Shown here: positions 20,945 to 28,428 of the stretch, in pieces | How the letters are laid out: each line of letters starts with the position of its first letter | Numbering within the stretch: the stretch's first letter is position 1 | NCBI GenBank assembly: GCA_964342815.1 | Contig: CAYFHS010000014.1 | Span: 56,232-111,255, forward strand | Origin: an uncultured archaeon | GTDB lineage: Archaea > Thermoplasmatota > Penumbrarchaeia > JASLWR01 | Direction: 5' to 3' | Length of the DNA stretch: 55,024 bases | The notes under the pieces: model-generated | The model's database searches: none | Told to the model about the DNA's origin: nothing | Seen by the model: the letters and a program-made list of their open reading frames with translations, nothing else | Program-made: the position numbers and the translations under genes

Positions 20945-21718
20945 ATGACGCCGTGTCCGAACTGCCGTCAGCCGATCCCCTACAATACACGGATATGCCC
21001 GACCTGCAGGACAGATACTTTACAATTTTATATCATGGCCTACCAGCAGCAGATGATGATGTACCAACAGTATATTCAATATCTGCAGTACATGCAGTAC
21101 CTTCAGCAGCTTCAGTATCAATACCGCCAGGGACTGGGGCAGGGGGGACGATACGGACCTTATGCTACGGACACCACACCTCAGACATATTCAGGTGCAT
21201 ATGCTCAATATTACAGTCCAGGAGGGTACCAACCTCCAATTGCACCCCCCCAGATGCCGCAGCAGATAAACGTGGTGGATTTCTACAAACCTTCCCCTCG
21301 ACTTGCCCTGCCTTCGGAGATCGAAGAACGGACCGAGGAAGCTGATGATCTGTCATACCAGTACGAACCAGAGGGGGGCGGATATACAGTGGACACTCCG
21401 GTCGAAAAGCCTCAATGGGGAGCACCACTTACAATGGATGATGGGTCTACTAAAGGACAAAGTTCGGATGAAACTGTTATGCCGATACCAGCCAGAAAGG
21501 CACCAAGAGCCATTCCGGTCCACCAGGAAGAACCATATGCAAGCCATACCGAAGAGCAGGAATTCCCTCCGGACATGGCCCCGATTGAGGGACAAGATGA
21601 AGGTGAATTATTCGAAGTATTGTGCTTCGCCTGCGAAAACCCAATTCCAATATACACGGATGAAAGGCCTCTATATATAACATGCCCCAACTGCGGCCAG
21701 GAAGGAGAAATCGATTGA
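20945..21718 (+). CDS. zinc-ribbon-flanked Q/Y/P-rich low-complexity protein
   Basis: CPNC..CPTC N-terminus, YQQQMMMYQQYIQYLQYMQYLQQLQYQY tract, C-terminal CFAC..CPNC. Confidence 0.75.
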   Translation: MTPCPNCRQPIPYNTRICPTCRTDTLQFYIMAYQQQMMMYQQYIQYLQYMQYLQQLQYQYRQGLGQGGRYGPYATDTTPQTYSGAYAQYYSPGGYQPPIAPPQMPQQINVVDFYKPSPRLALPSEIEERTEEADDLSYQYEPEGGGYTVDTPVEKPQWGAPLTMDDGSTKGQSSDETVMPIPARKAPRAIPVHQEEPYASHTEEQEFPPDMAPIEGQDEGELFEVLCFACENPIPIYTDERPLYITCPNCGQEGEID

Positions 21719-21984
21719 TCAAATTTACAAAATCTACTTATAAGAATCATACATTACGGGAGCGAATTTGAGATTGAATCGCCACCAAATTGATTATTTC
21801 AATTTGCTAATCAGAATTTGCCCACTCACAATGGGCCCGTCTCGAAGACAAACCTTACGGTTCGCTTCTGACGTGCTCATTACTCATTCGCTAGAGCTCA
21901 TTCGTAATGGGCCCGTAGCGCCATATACTTGCAGTACATGGCTGACGAGCCCACAACCCCAACAAAGATCCCCATTCCATGTGT

Positions 21985-22058
21985 GGGCCCGTAGATCAGC
22001 CTGGAAGATCGCCTGCTTTGCAAGCAGGAGGCCTCGGGTTCAAATCCCGACGGGTCCA
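21985..22058 (+). tRNA. tRNA-Ala(TGC)
   Basis: Full cloverleaf GGGCCCG...CGGGTCCA with G3-U70, anticodon loop TT-TGC-AA, TTCAAAT T-loop. Confidence 0.97.
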
Positions 22059-22060
22059 TA

Positions 22061-22083
22061 AAATTTTTCGAACGAAAAAATTT
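22061..22083 (+). terminator. A/T-rich hairpin and T-tract after tRNA-Ala
   Basis: AAATTTTTCG-AA-CGAAAAAATTT immediately 3' of the tRNA. Confidence 0.45.
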
Positions 22084-22356
22084 CGGAATCCGTCTCGGTT
22101 CTCTGAAAACTCATTTCATTCTTTTCCCTGCGGTCCCGACGGATATGAAATACGTCTGTTTCTTCATAAAACCTATGGTTTTATTGCGTTCCCGACGGGT
22201 CCTTTATCTTATGGGTTTAAAATCTGTGATTTCTTGTTTATTTTAGTTTTAAAGAATTTGACAATTTCCAAACTGCCATACCGTATACGTCAAATATCAC
22301 CAAAACAAAAAAGAATTTATATACTGATGAATATTCCCTGCTTCAAATTACGGTAT

Positions 22357-22479
22357 CCCGTCTTAGCATAGACTGGCCAATGCGGCGGACTGTAGTTGGA
22401 AAACGGATTAAAGGGAGGAACCCACCGTCGTCCAGTGGCCATCCGCAGACCCCCGGTTCAAATCCGGGAGACGGGACCA
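22357..22479 (+). tRNA. tRNA-Tyr(GTA) with a 45-nt intron at 37/38 (22396-22440) and encoded CCA
   Basis: C1-G72 acceptor CCCGTCT/AGACGGG-A-CCA, anticodon stem GCGGA/TCCGC, CT-GTA-G then intron forming a relaxed BHB. Confidence 0.93.
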
Positions 22480-22537
22480 TTTTTTTCCTTGCATGCCGAG
22501 CAGGGTGACCCCGAGTTTTGGGATTTTCGTTTTTAAT

Positions 22538-22786
22538 AACCGACAAATGTTCGGCCCATCACCAACAATATTAACTATACTTAGGATGAATATCTCCATT
22601 AATGATGAATTTATGCAGTTGAATCCATCGACAAATGTTCCCCATTCCATCTGACTAATGTTCGATCATCTCTATTATCACACCATCCAAACCTCACCGT
22701 CCAAAACAGAGGCTATTATTAATACGGTCTTACTTTCACTCACCCCCCTCCCCCCTTCATCTTTAAATACACTTTGAACATTTGTC
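22538..22786. repeat. dispersed GACAAATGTTC motif cluster (3 direct, 1 inverted)
   Basis: 22542-22552, 22630-22640, 22653-22663 (GACTAATGTTC), reverse copy 22776-22786; same core as the repeat at 1-56. Confidence 0.7.
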
Positions 22787-22848
22787 CATCAGTGATGGGA
22801 TTTCCGTTGCCTATCTCCAACAAGAAAAAGATCAACGGGAGAGATATT

Positions 22849-23271
22849 ATGAACAAACAAAAGAACAAAGATAATAAAAAAGAATATCAAAAGCAAATAA
22901 AAGTCATAGAAAGAAAAATAAAGAACAAAATCTCCAGAATGGAAGCCAAATTACTGCTGCACGTTCTCATATACGATTTCGATGGTTTTGCACGCCAGCA
23001 ACAACTAATAATTGAACATATGTCCTCTAGATTCCATTGGGGGAATAAACGTACTATTAGAGTGTTAAAAACAATAGCTGCAATTGGAGTAGTTGATCGC
23101 TGGAAGTCCAAAGCTGACAACTGGTCCCTATTCTATCTGATCAAAGGATTCTTTGAAACATGCAAGAATAGGATAAAACGAGCAGGAAAGGCCATCAAGC
23201 AAAGGGTCCGACAATACCGACATGCGATTTTCTTGATCTCGCGTAAAGAGAAAGACAATACCTTAACCTGA
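22849..23271 (+). CDS. basic winged-helix (MarR-like) DNA-binding protein
   Basis: 140 aa, TIRVLKTIAAIGVVDRWKSKADNWSLFYL resembles a recognition helix plus wing; K/R-rich ends. Confidence 0.55.
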   Translation: MNKQKNKDNKKEYQKQIKVIERKIKNKISRMEAKLLLHVLIYDFDGFARQQQLIIEHMSSRFHWGNKRTIRVLKTIAAIGVVDRWKSKADNWSLFYLIKGFFETCKNRIKRAGKAIKQRVRQYRHAIFLISRKEKDNTLT

Positions 23272-23301
23272 TTTTTCCTTCCTTTACTATCAATTCGCTT
23301 T

Positions 23302-24639
23302 TCAAATCGAATTATACATTCGTAGGTATTCATCTGCAGCTTTCGCCCATGATGAGTCATATTCTATGGCCTTCTCCCTTACTTTTTGCATGTTCCCGGA
23401 GTTTTCGTAAAGCTTCCTTGCTCGCTCGATTGCCCCCATTAGAGATTCGGAGGAAAGATCATCGAATCGGATACCCCATCCTTCTTCCTTTATATCCCTA
23501 ACCGTCTCCGCAAGTCCACCAGTGGATCTCACCACCGGTATGGTCCCGTATCTCATGGCAATGAGCTGTCCCAGGCCGCAAGGTTCGAACTTTGACGGCA
23601 TCAAGAAGAAATCTCCTCCGGCATATACCCGGTGAGCTTCCACCTCGTCGTATCTAATAAGGGCAATCAGGTTTCCATATCGCTCAGATAGATCCGACAG
23701 ACTCTTTTCCAGGTCCGCCTCGCCAGTACCAAGAATGAACAACGACGATTTGTCTACAATTTCGGGAAGGGCTTTTATAAGTATATCAATACCCTTTTGT
23801 TTAGCCAGACGGCTCACCATTCCAAATAGCGGCAGACTTGGGTCCAGTCCGTACTTTTGACATAACTGTTCTTTATTGTAGGATTTGTCCCTGATGCTTT
23901 TTCTATCGTAGTTCTTGTCAATGAAACCATCCGTGGCTGGACCCCATACTTTAGTATCGATCCCGTTCGTTATCCCTCTCAACTTTTTTTGATGGATCCT
24001 AATATGGGCTTCAAGCCCATAACCGTACTCTTTGGATCTTATTTCTCCAGCATAAGTTTCGCTGACCACGTTGAACGCGTCGCAACTCCTGATACCGGCC
24101 AAAAGAAAGTTAAGGCCCCTTTTTTCCCGTAATACCTCTTTATCATTGAGGGAAAGTGATGCTCCGATCTCACTCGGAAATATCCCCTGATATTGAATAT
24201 TATGTATGCTCAATATTCGTTTGGCTCTCAGATCTCTTTCCTTTGCAAAAGCCAGTGTAAGGGAAGCGTGCCAATCATTTGCATGAATCAGGTCATTGTT
24301 CAATTTCTCACAAAGTAAGGCAGCTCCTTGGGAAAAAGCGGCAAACCTCTTTGCCGTATTCTCAGAATGATAGATATCCTCGCCATCAAAGAGATTTTTT
24401 TTTTCCACCAGATAAACTGGTATATCAAGGTCAGATCGGAAGTAGAAAATAAAATTCTTCGTATCAGACAGATCCATTCTTTTCCCTTTATCAAGAAATG
24501 AATATGCCGGTAAGACAACCGAAACGTCAAGGCCAAGTTGCCGTAGAGCGACAGGCAAGCTTCCGGCGACGTCACCCAAACCTCCCACCTTGACCAGTGG
24601 ATACATCTCTGCGCTCACATAAAGGACTTTCAGGCTCAT
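23302..24639 (-). CDS. glgA: glycogen synthase (GT5)
   Basis: SAEMYPLVKVGGLGDV, HANDWH, SIHNIQYQG, SRLAKQKG, MPSKFEPCGLGQLIAMRYG. Confidence 0.93.
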   Translation of the reverse strand: MSLKVLYVSAEMYPLVKVGGLGDVAGSLPVALRQLGLDVSVVLPAYSFLDKGKRMDLSDTKNFIFYFRSDLDIPVYLVEKKNLFDGEDIYHSENTAKRFAAFSQGAALLCEKLNNDLIHANDWHASLTLAFAKERDLRAKRILSIHNIQYQGIFPSEIGASLSLNDKEVLREKRGLNFLLAGIRSCDAFNVVSETYAGEIRSKEYGYGLEAHIRIHQKKLRGITNGIDTKVWGPATDGFIDKNYDRKSIRDKSYNKEQLCQKYGLDPSLPLFGMVSRLAKQKGIDILIKALPEIVDKSSLFILGTGEADLEKSLSDLSERYGNLIALIRYDEVEAHRVYAGGDFFLMPSKFEPCGLGQLIAMRYGTIPVVRSTGGLAETVRDIKEEGWGIRFDDLSSESLMGAIERARKLYENSGNMQKVREKAIEYDSSWAKAADEYLRMYNSI

Positions 24640-24649
24640 CGTCACCGAC

Positions 24650-25804
24650 TCATAACAGTTCTTTCAAACCCCGTAAAGGTATTTTCACATTCGCCGGGCG
24701 GTTCTTAGCTTCGTAGCATATCTCGTAAATCGCTCTTTCCAAAAGCCAAGGATATATTTGTTCCCTTTGGACCCCATATCCGTCCATTATCTTTTCAGCA
24801 ATTTGATTACTCCACCTTACTCCCATTTCACGATCATTCCGGGGAAGATCCCGGATCATGTAGTCAAAGGACCGTATTAAGGATGCCACGTCTCGTTCTC
24901 GTGGAAAAAAAGGAGGAGAATCATGATCGGGCTCACCCTCGAAATCGATAAATTTGTAACAATCCTCATAGTATAATATCTGGCTCAAGTGAAGATCCCC
25001 ATGAGTCATCTGAATTTTTTCCATGTGATCGATCATGCCGAGGAAACGCTTTGCTGCATCGTCCACATATCGAAAATCGGGTTCCCCAAGTATTACGGAA
25101 AGGAATTTCAGCCTCTCCATCATCTTCTCCTTCATTTCCCAACGCCATTTGCTTAATTCCGGAGGATCAATGAAATCAACTAGATTTCTATGTAACTCTC
25201 GTATGCTTCGACCCAGTTCCCATGCATTTATTCCGATAGTTTTTTTTTCTAAAAAATCAAGTAGATCTCCATAGTAAATTTCTCCCGTGTCACGACCTTC
25301 TTCGAACTTAAAAAAAGAATGTAAACACATACTGTTGTATTTTACCGCCCCGTAGCAATCCGGGACCGAATTGAAATTTTGTCCTCTAAGCCATATTATC
25401 AGATCCGCTTCAAAATTATTTCTTCTAAGTCTCCTGTAGGATTTCGAGATCATACCATCCGCCTTGCACAAAACATTCGAAGTTCCTGAAAAATGTATCT
25501 CAACGGACTCCACTTGGGGAATTTGCCGATGTCCAGAGATTATTGTTAACCCATTTCCCCCCGTCCCTGATAAATTCATTTTTTCAATCAATGTATTGAG
25601 ATATTGAGGATCGGAATCGCACTCACAACCGCTTCCGGTATGAATTGGAATTGCATATTTTTCGCTCATGGAATCAGATACCGCCGATATGATGAGAATT
25701 TCATATTTGCCCAGTTCCACCCGGTCGGTAATTGATATTCGTGAAGAAAATCCCTTCTGGGCAAACCATCTTTTTCCTTCAAGAAACTCAAGATCTATCG
25801 ACAT
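24650..25804 (-). CDS. maltokinase (Mak/Pep2)-like kinase
   Basis: KSYRR, HGDLHLSQIL, IDFEGEP, RDVASLIRSFDY, ERAIYEICYE..NRP motifs; start placed at MSIDL. Confidence 0.8.
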   Translation of the reverse strand: MSIDLEFLEGKRWFAQKGFSSRISITDRVELGKYEILIISAVSDSMSEKYAIPIHTGSGCECDSDPQYLNTLIEKMNLSGTGGNGLTIISGHRQIPQVESVEIHFSGTSNVLCKADGMISKSYRRLRRNNFEADLIIWLRGQNFNSVPDCYGAVKYNSMCLHSFFKFEEGRDTGEIYYGDLLDFLEKKTIGINAWELGRSIRELHRNLVDFIDPPELSKWRWEMKEKMMERLKFLSVILGEPDFRYVDDAAKRFLGMIDHMEKIQMTHGDLHLSQILYYEDCYKFIDFEGEPDHDSPPFFPRERDVASLIRSFDYMIRDLPRNDREMGVRWSNQIAEKIMDGYGVQREQIYPWLLERAIYEICYEAKNRPANVKIPLRGLKELL

Positions 25805-26946
25805 CTTGCGATTACCTTCCTGTAGAATTTTATCGTTTCGTTTGCCACCATGTCCCATGAAAAACGACTTTTCAGAATTTTACTTCCTCGGCAAATATAT
25901 TTCAAGCGCAAGTCCTCGTTAGAATTTAGATGATTGACCTTATCAGCCATACCCTGGATATCTCCCGCCTCGAAAAGAATACCGTTGTAACCATCCTCGA
26001 TCACCTCAGGTATACCACCAACATTTGCTGCAACAACAGGGCATTCGCATGCCATTGCCTCCAGATTGATTATCCCGAAGGGTTCGTATCGGCTTGGGCA
26101 CAGAAAGACCCTTGCGTTGGTATATAATGCACGGGTCATCTCATATGAAAGCATCTTATTTATCCATAAGACGTTGTCCAGATTCTTTATTTCTTTTTCC
26201 ACCTTATTATAAATCTCATTTGTATCCGCGGCGCCCGTAACCAATACCAGATTTCGGTCGAACAGCTTTTTCCTGCAGGCTTCCAGAAGGTCGAAGATGC
26301 CTTTTTGTCGCGACAAACGTCCGAGGAAGAGAAAATAATCGTCTTCTATATTCAATTTTTTCAATATTTTTTTATCGTGGTTCGGTTTGAATTTTGCAAG
26401 ATCGATACCGTTATGTATCACCGATATTTTCTCAGTATCCACCTCGGGGTATACTTCAAGGAGGTCTCGCTTGGTGGCGGCGCTTACCGTAATTATTCCG
26501 TCGGCCATACCATATAGTGATCGCTCGAGGTGGGTGGTCAAATCATATCCACTGCCCAACTGCTCCCGTTTCCAGGGCCTATGCGGTTCCAGGCTGTGTA
26601 CTGTAGCCACAATGGGTATTCCATACAACTTTCGAATCACCTGGGCGGCAAAGGTCATGTACCAGGTATGACTGTGGACAATATCGACATTCTCCAGCTC
26701 TAGGGTCATATCCATGTCCAAGACCATTGTGTTTAATACCTTAGAATAGATCATCCCAGAATATCGGTCGCCCATTGGATAAAATTTCACATGTGGATTT
26801 TCTTTAACACTCTCACGAGGATCGCCACACGCCCTAATCTCCACTTCCATTTCTTTTGCCAAAGCCTTCGATAGATTGTTTACGTGAACACCCGCACCCC
26901 CATATACATAAGGGGGATATTCAAGTGACAAGATGCATACTTTCAT
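25795..26946 (-). CDS. glgM: alpha-maltose-1-phosphate synthase (GT4, actinobacterial GlgM type)
   Basis: EYPPYVYGGAGVHV, HSHTWY, HSLEPHRPWKREQLGSGY, YEPFGIINLEAMAC. Confidence 0.85.
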   Translation of the reverse strand: MKVCILSLEYPPYVYGGAGVHVNNLSKALAKEMEVEIRACGDPRESVKENPHVKFYPMGDRYSGMIYSKVLNTMVLDMDMTLELENVDIVHSHTWYMTFAAQVIRKLYGIPIVATVHSLEPHRPWKREQLGSGYDLTTHLERSLYGMADGIITVSAATKRDLLEVYPEVDTEKISVIHNGIDLAKFKPNHDKKILKKLNIEDDYFLFLGRLSRQKGIFDLLEACRKKLFDRNLVLVTGAADTNEIYNKVEKEIKNLDNVLWINKMLSYEMTRALYTNARVFLCPSRYEPFGIINLEAMACECPVVAANVGGIPEVIEDGYNGILFEAGDIQGMADKVNHLNSNEDLRLKYICRGSKILKSRFSWDMVANETIKFYRKVIARCR

Positions 26947-27134
26947 CGTTCATCTTAAAAATCCTTATAGTAGATTAAATTAGCGATGGTGAAATCAGGG
27001 GGGGTCTTTGTGTGTATATTTTTTTTGAAGTTGATAAGCAACAGATATAAAGTATTCATTGTATTTCCTTCGGAAATTATAAGTAAAAGTCATACTGCTC
27101 TAACTGAATTGCTTGAAAGAACTAGTGATGCTTC

Positions 27135-28427
27135 ATGGAATCTGGAAACATTAAGGAGAACGACATCTCAAAACTTGAACATCCGCTTTGCCTGAACTGT
27201 CTGGGCCGTCTTTTCGGGAAAATGGGACACGGTTTGACAAACAGAGAGCGAGGGCGTTCCATATCCGAATTTCAGAAAAAAGGGATAATTCCGAAGGAAC
27301 TATCGGTATCCAAAAGCATGCTTTCAGAGGAAAATTCGGAGGCAGATGCAACGCAAGAGGATTGTTATATTTGTCAAGGATTATTACTTGAGATTCCGAC
27401 TTTTGCAGAGCTTGCTATCTGTGAGATGAAGAAATATGAATACGATAATTTCCAGATTGGGGTAAAGGTTGATCCGGAGATATCACAAAGGGAAGAGCAG
27501 GTCTGGAGAGAGATAAATGCAACAGAACAGGAGCTTATAAAAGCAGAATTGAATCGAGAGATCGGAAAGCTCGTCCAGAAAAATACTGGAAAAGAAGTTG
27601 AGTTCTCAACACCACAGTTGGTTGCCATAATCGATACGTCGTTCGATCACGTCATGCTTCAAGTTTCTCCAATATTCATATACGGTAGATACCGGAAATT
27701 TCAAAGGGGCATTCCTCAGACAAAATGGCCCTGCAGGAAATGCCGCGGGGCAGGATGCGAGAGCTGTGGTCAAACCGGAAAACTGTACGAAGAGACCGTG
27801 GAAGAACTCATCTCCGAAAGGGTTTTACATCTAACTAACGGGGAAAGAGCCAAGTTCCACGGGATGGGGCGGGAAGATATCGATGCAAGAATGTTGGGGA
27901 ACGGCCGCCCCTTCGTTCTGGAGATATCCAAGCCTGTGAAACGGAACTTGGACCTTGGGGAATTGGAAGAAGGGATCAATCTTACACGACGGGATAAAAT
28001 AGCAGTATCGGATCTGGAATGGGTTTCTCGCGATAAGGTAAAGTGGATCAAGGCAGCTACCTTTCCAAAGTCTTATTCTGCTAGAGTGAAATTCTCAAGA
28101 AAGGTCACTCCCGATGAATTGAAGATTGCCTGCACAAAATTGGACGGAGTAACCCTCAACCAGCGAACGCCTCAAAGGGTGTCACACAGGAGAGCGGATC
28201 TTGTTCGCCAACGTAAAATAATCGACATTAGAATTGTTGAATACGACGAGAAAGAAGAACTATGGGCTGTTATCACCATAAAGGGAGAAAGCGGGTTGTA
28301 CATTAAGGAATTGTTACATTCGGATGAAGGCCGTACATCTCCTAGTTTGAAAGAATTACTTGGGGTAAATGGTCCCGTTGAAGTATCAATAGATTACCTT
28401 GACGTGATCGAAGTATGTGATACATAG
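27135..28427 (+). CDS. pus10: tRNA pseudouridine(54/55) synthase
   Basis: N-terminal C..CLGRLF, GRYRK..RGIPQTKWPC, FHGMGREDIDARMLGNGRPFV, GLYIKEL..DEGRT.PS. Confidence 0.95.
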   Translation: MESGNIKENDISKLEHPLCLNCLGRLFGKMGHGLTNRERGRSISEFQKKGIIPKELSVSKSMLSEENSEADATQEDCYICQGLLLEIPTFAELAICEMKKYEYDNFQIGVKVDPEISQREEQVWREINATEQELIKAELNREIGKLVQKNTGKEVEFSTPQLVAIIDTSFDHVMLQVSPIFIYGRYRKFQRGIPQTKWPCRKCRGAGCESCGQTGKLYEETVEELISERVLHLTNGERAKFHGMGREDIDARMLGNGRPFVLEISKPVKRNLDLGELEEGINLTRRDKIAVSDLEWVSRDKVKWIKAATFPKSYSARVKFSRKVTPDELKIACTKLDGVTLNQRTPQRVSHRRADLVRQRKIIDIRIVEYDEKEELWAVITIKGESGLYIKELLHSDEGRTSPSLKELLGVNGPVEVSIDYLDVIEVCDT

Positions 28428-28428
28428 A

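Noticed and set aside
21768-21984. rRNA operon spacer or 16S remnant upstream of tRNA-Ala
   Set aside because: No 16S or 23S rRNA sequence flanks the tRNA in this window.
22741-22760. C-tract as an ORB G-string (chromosomal oriC)
   Set aside because: No TCCA..GAAA ORB core and no cdc6/orc1 gene nearby.
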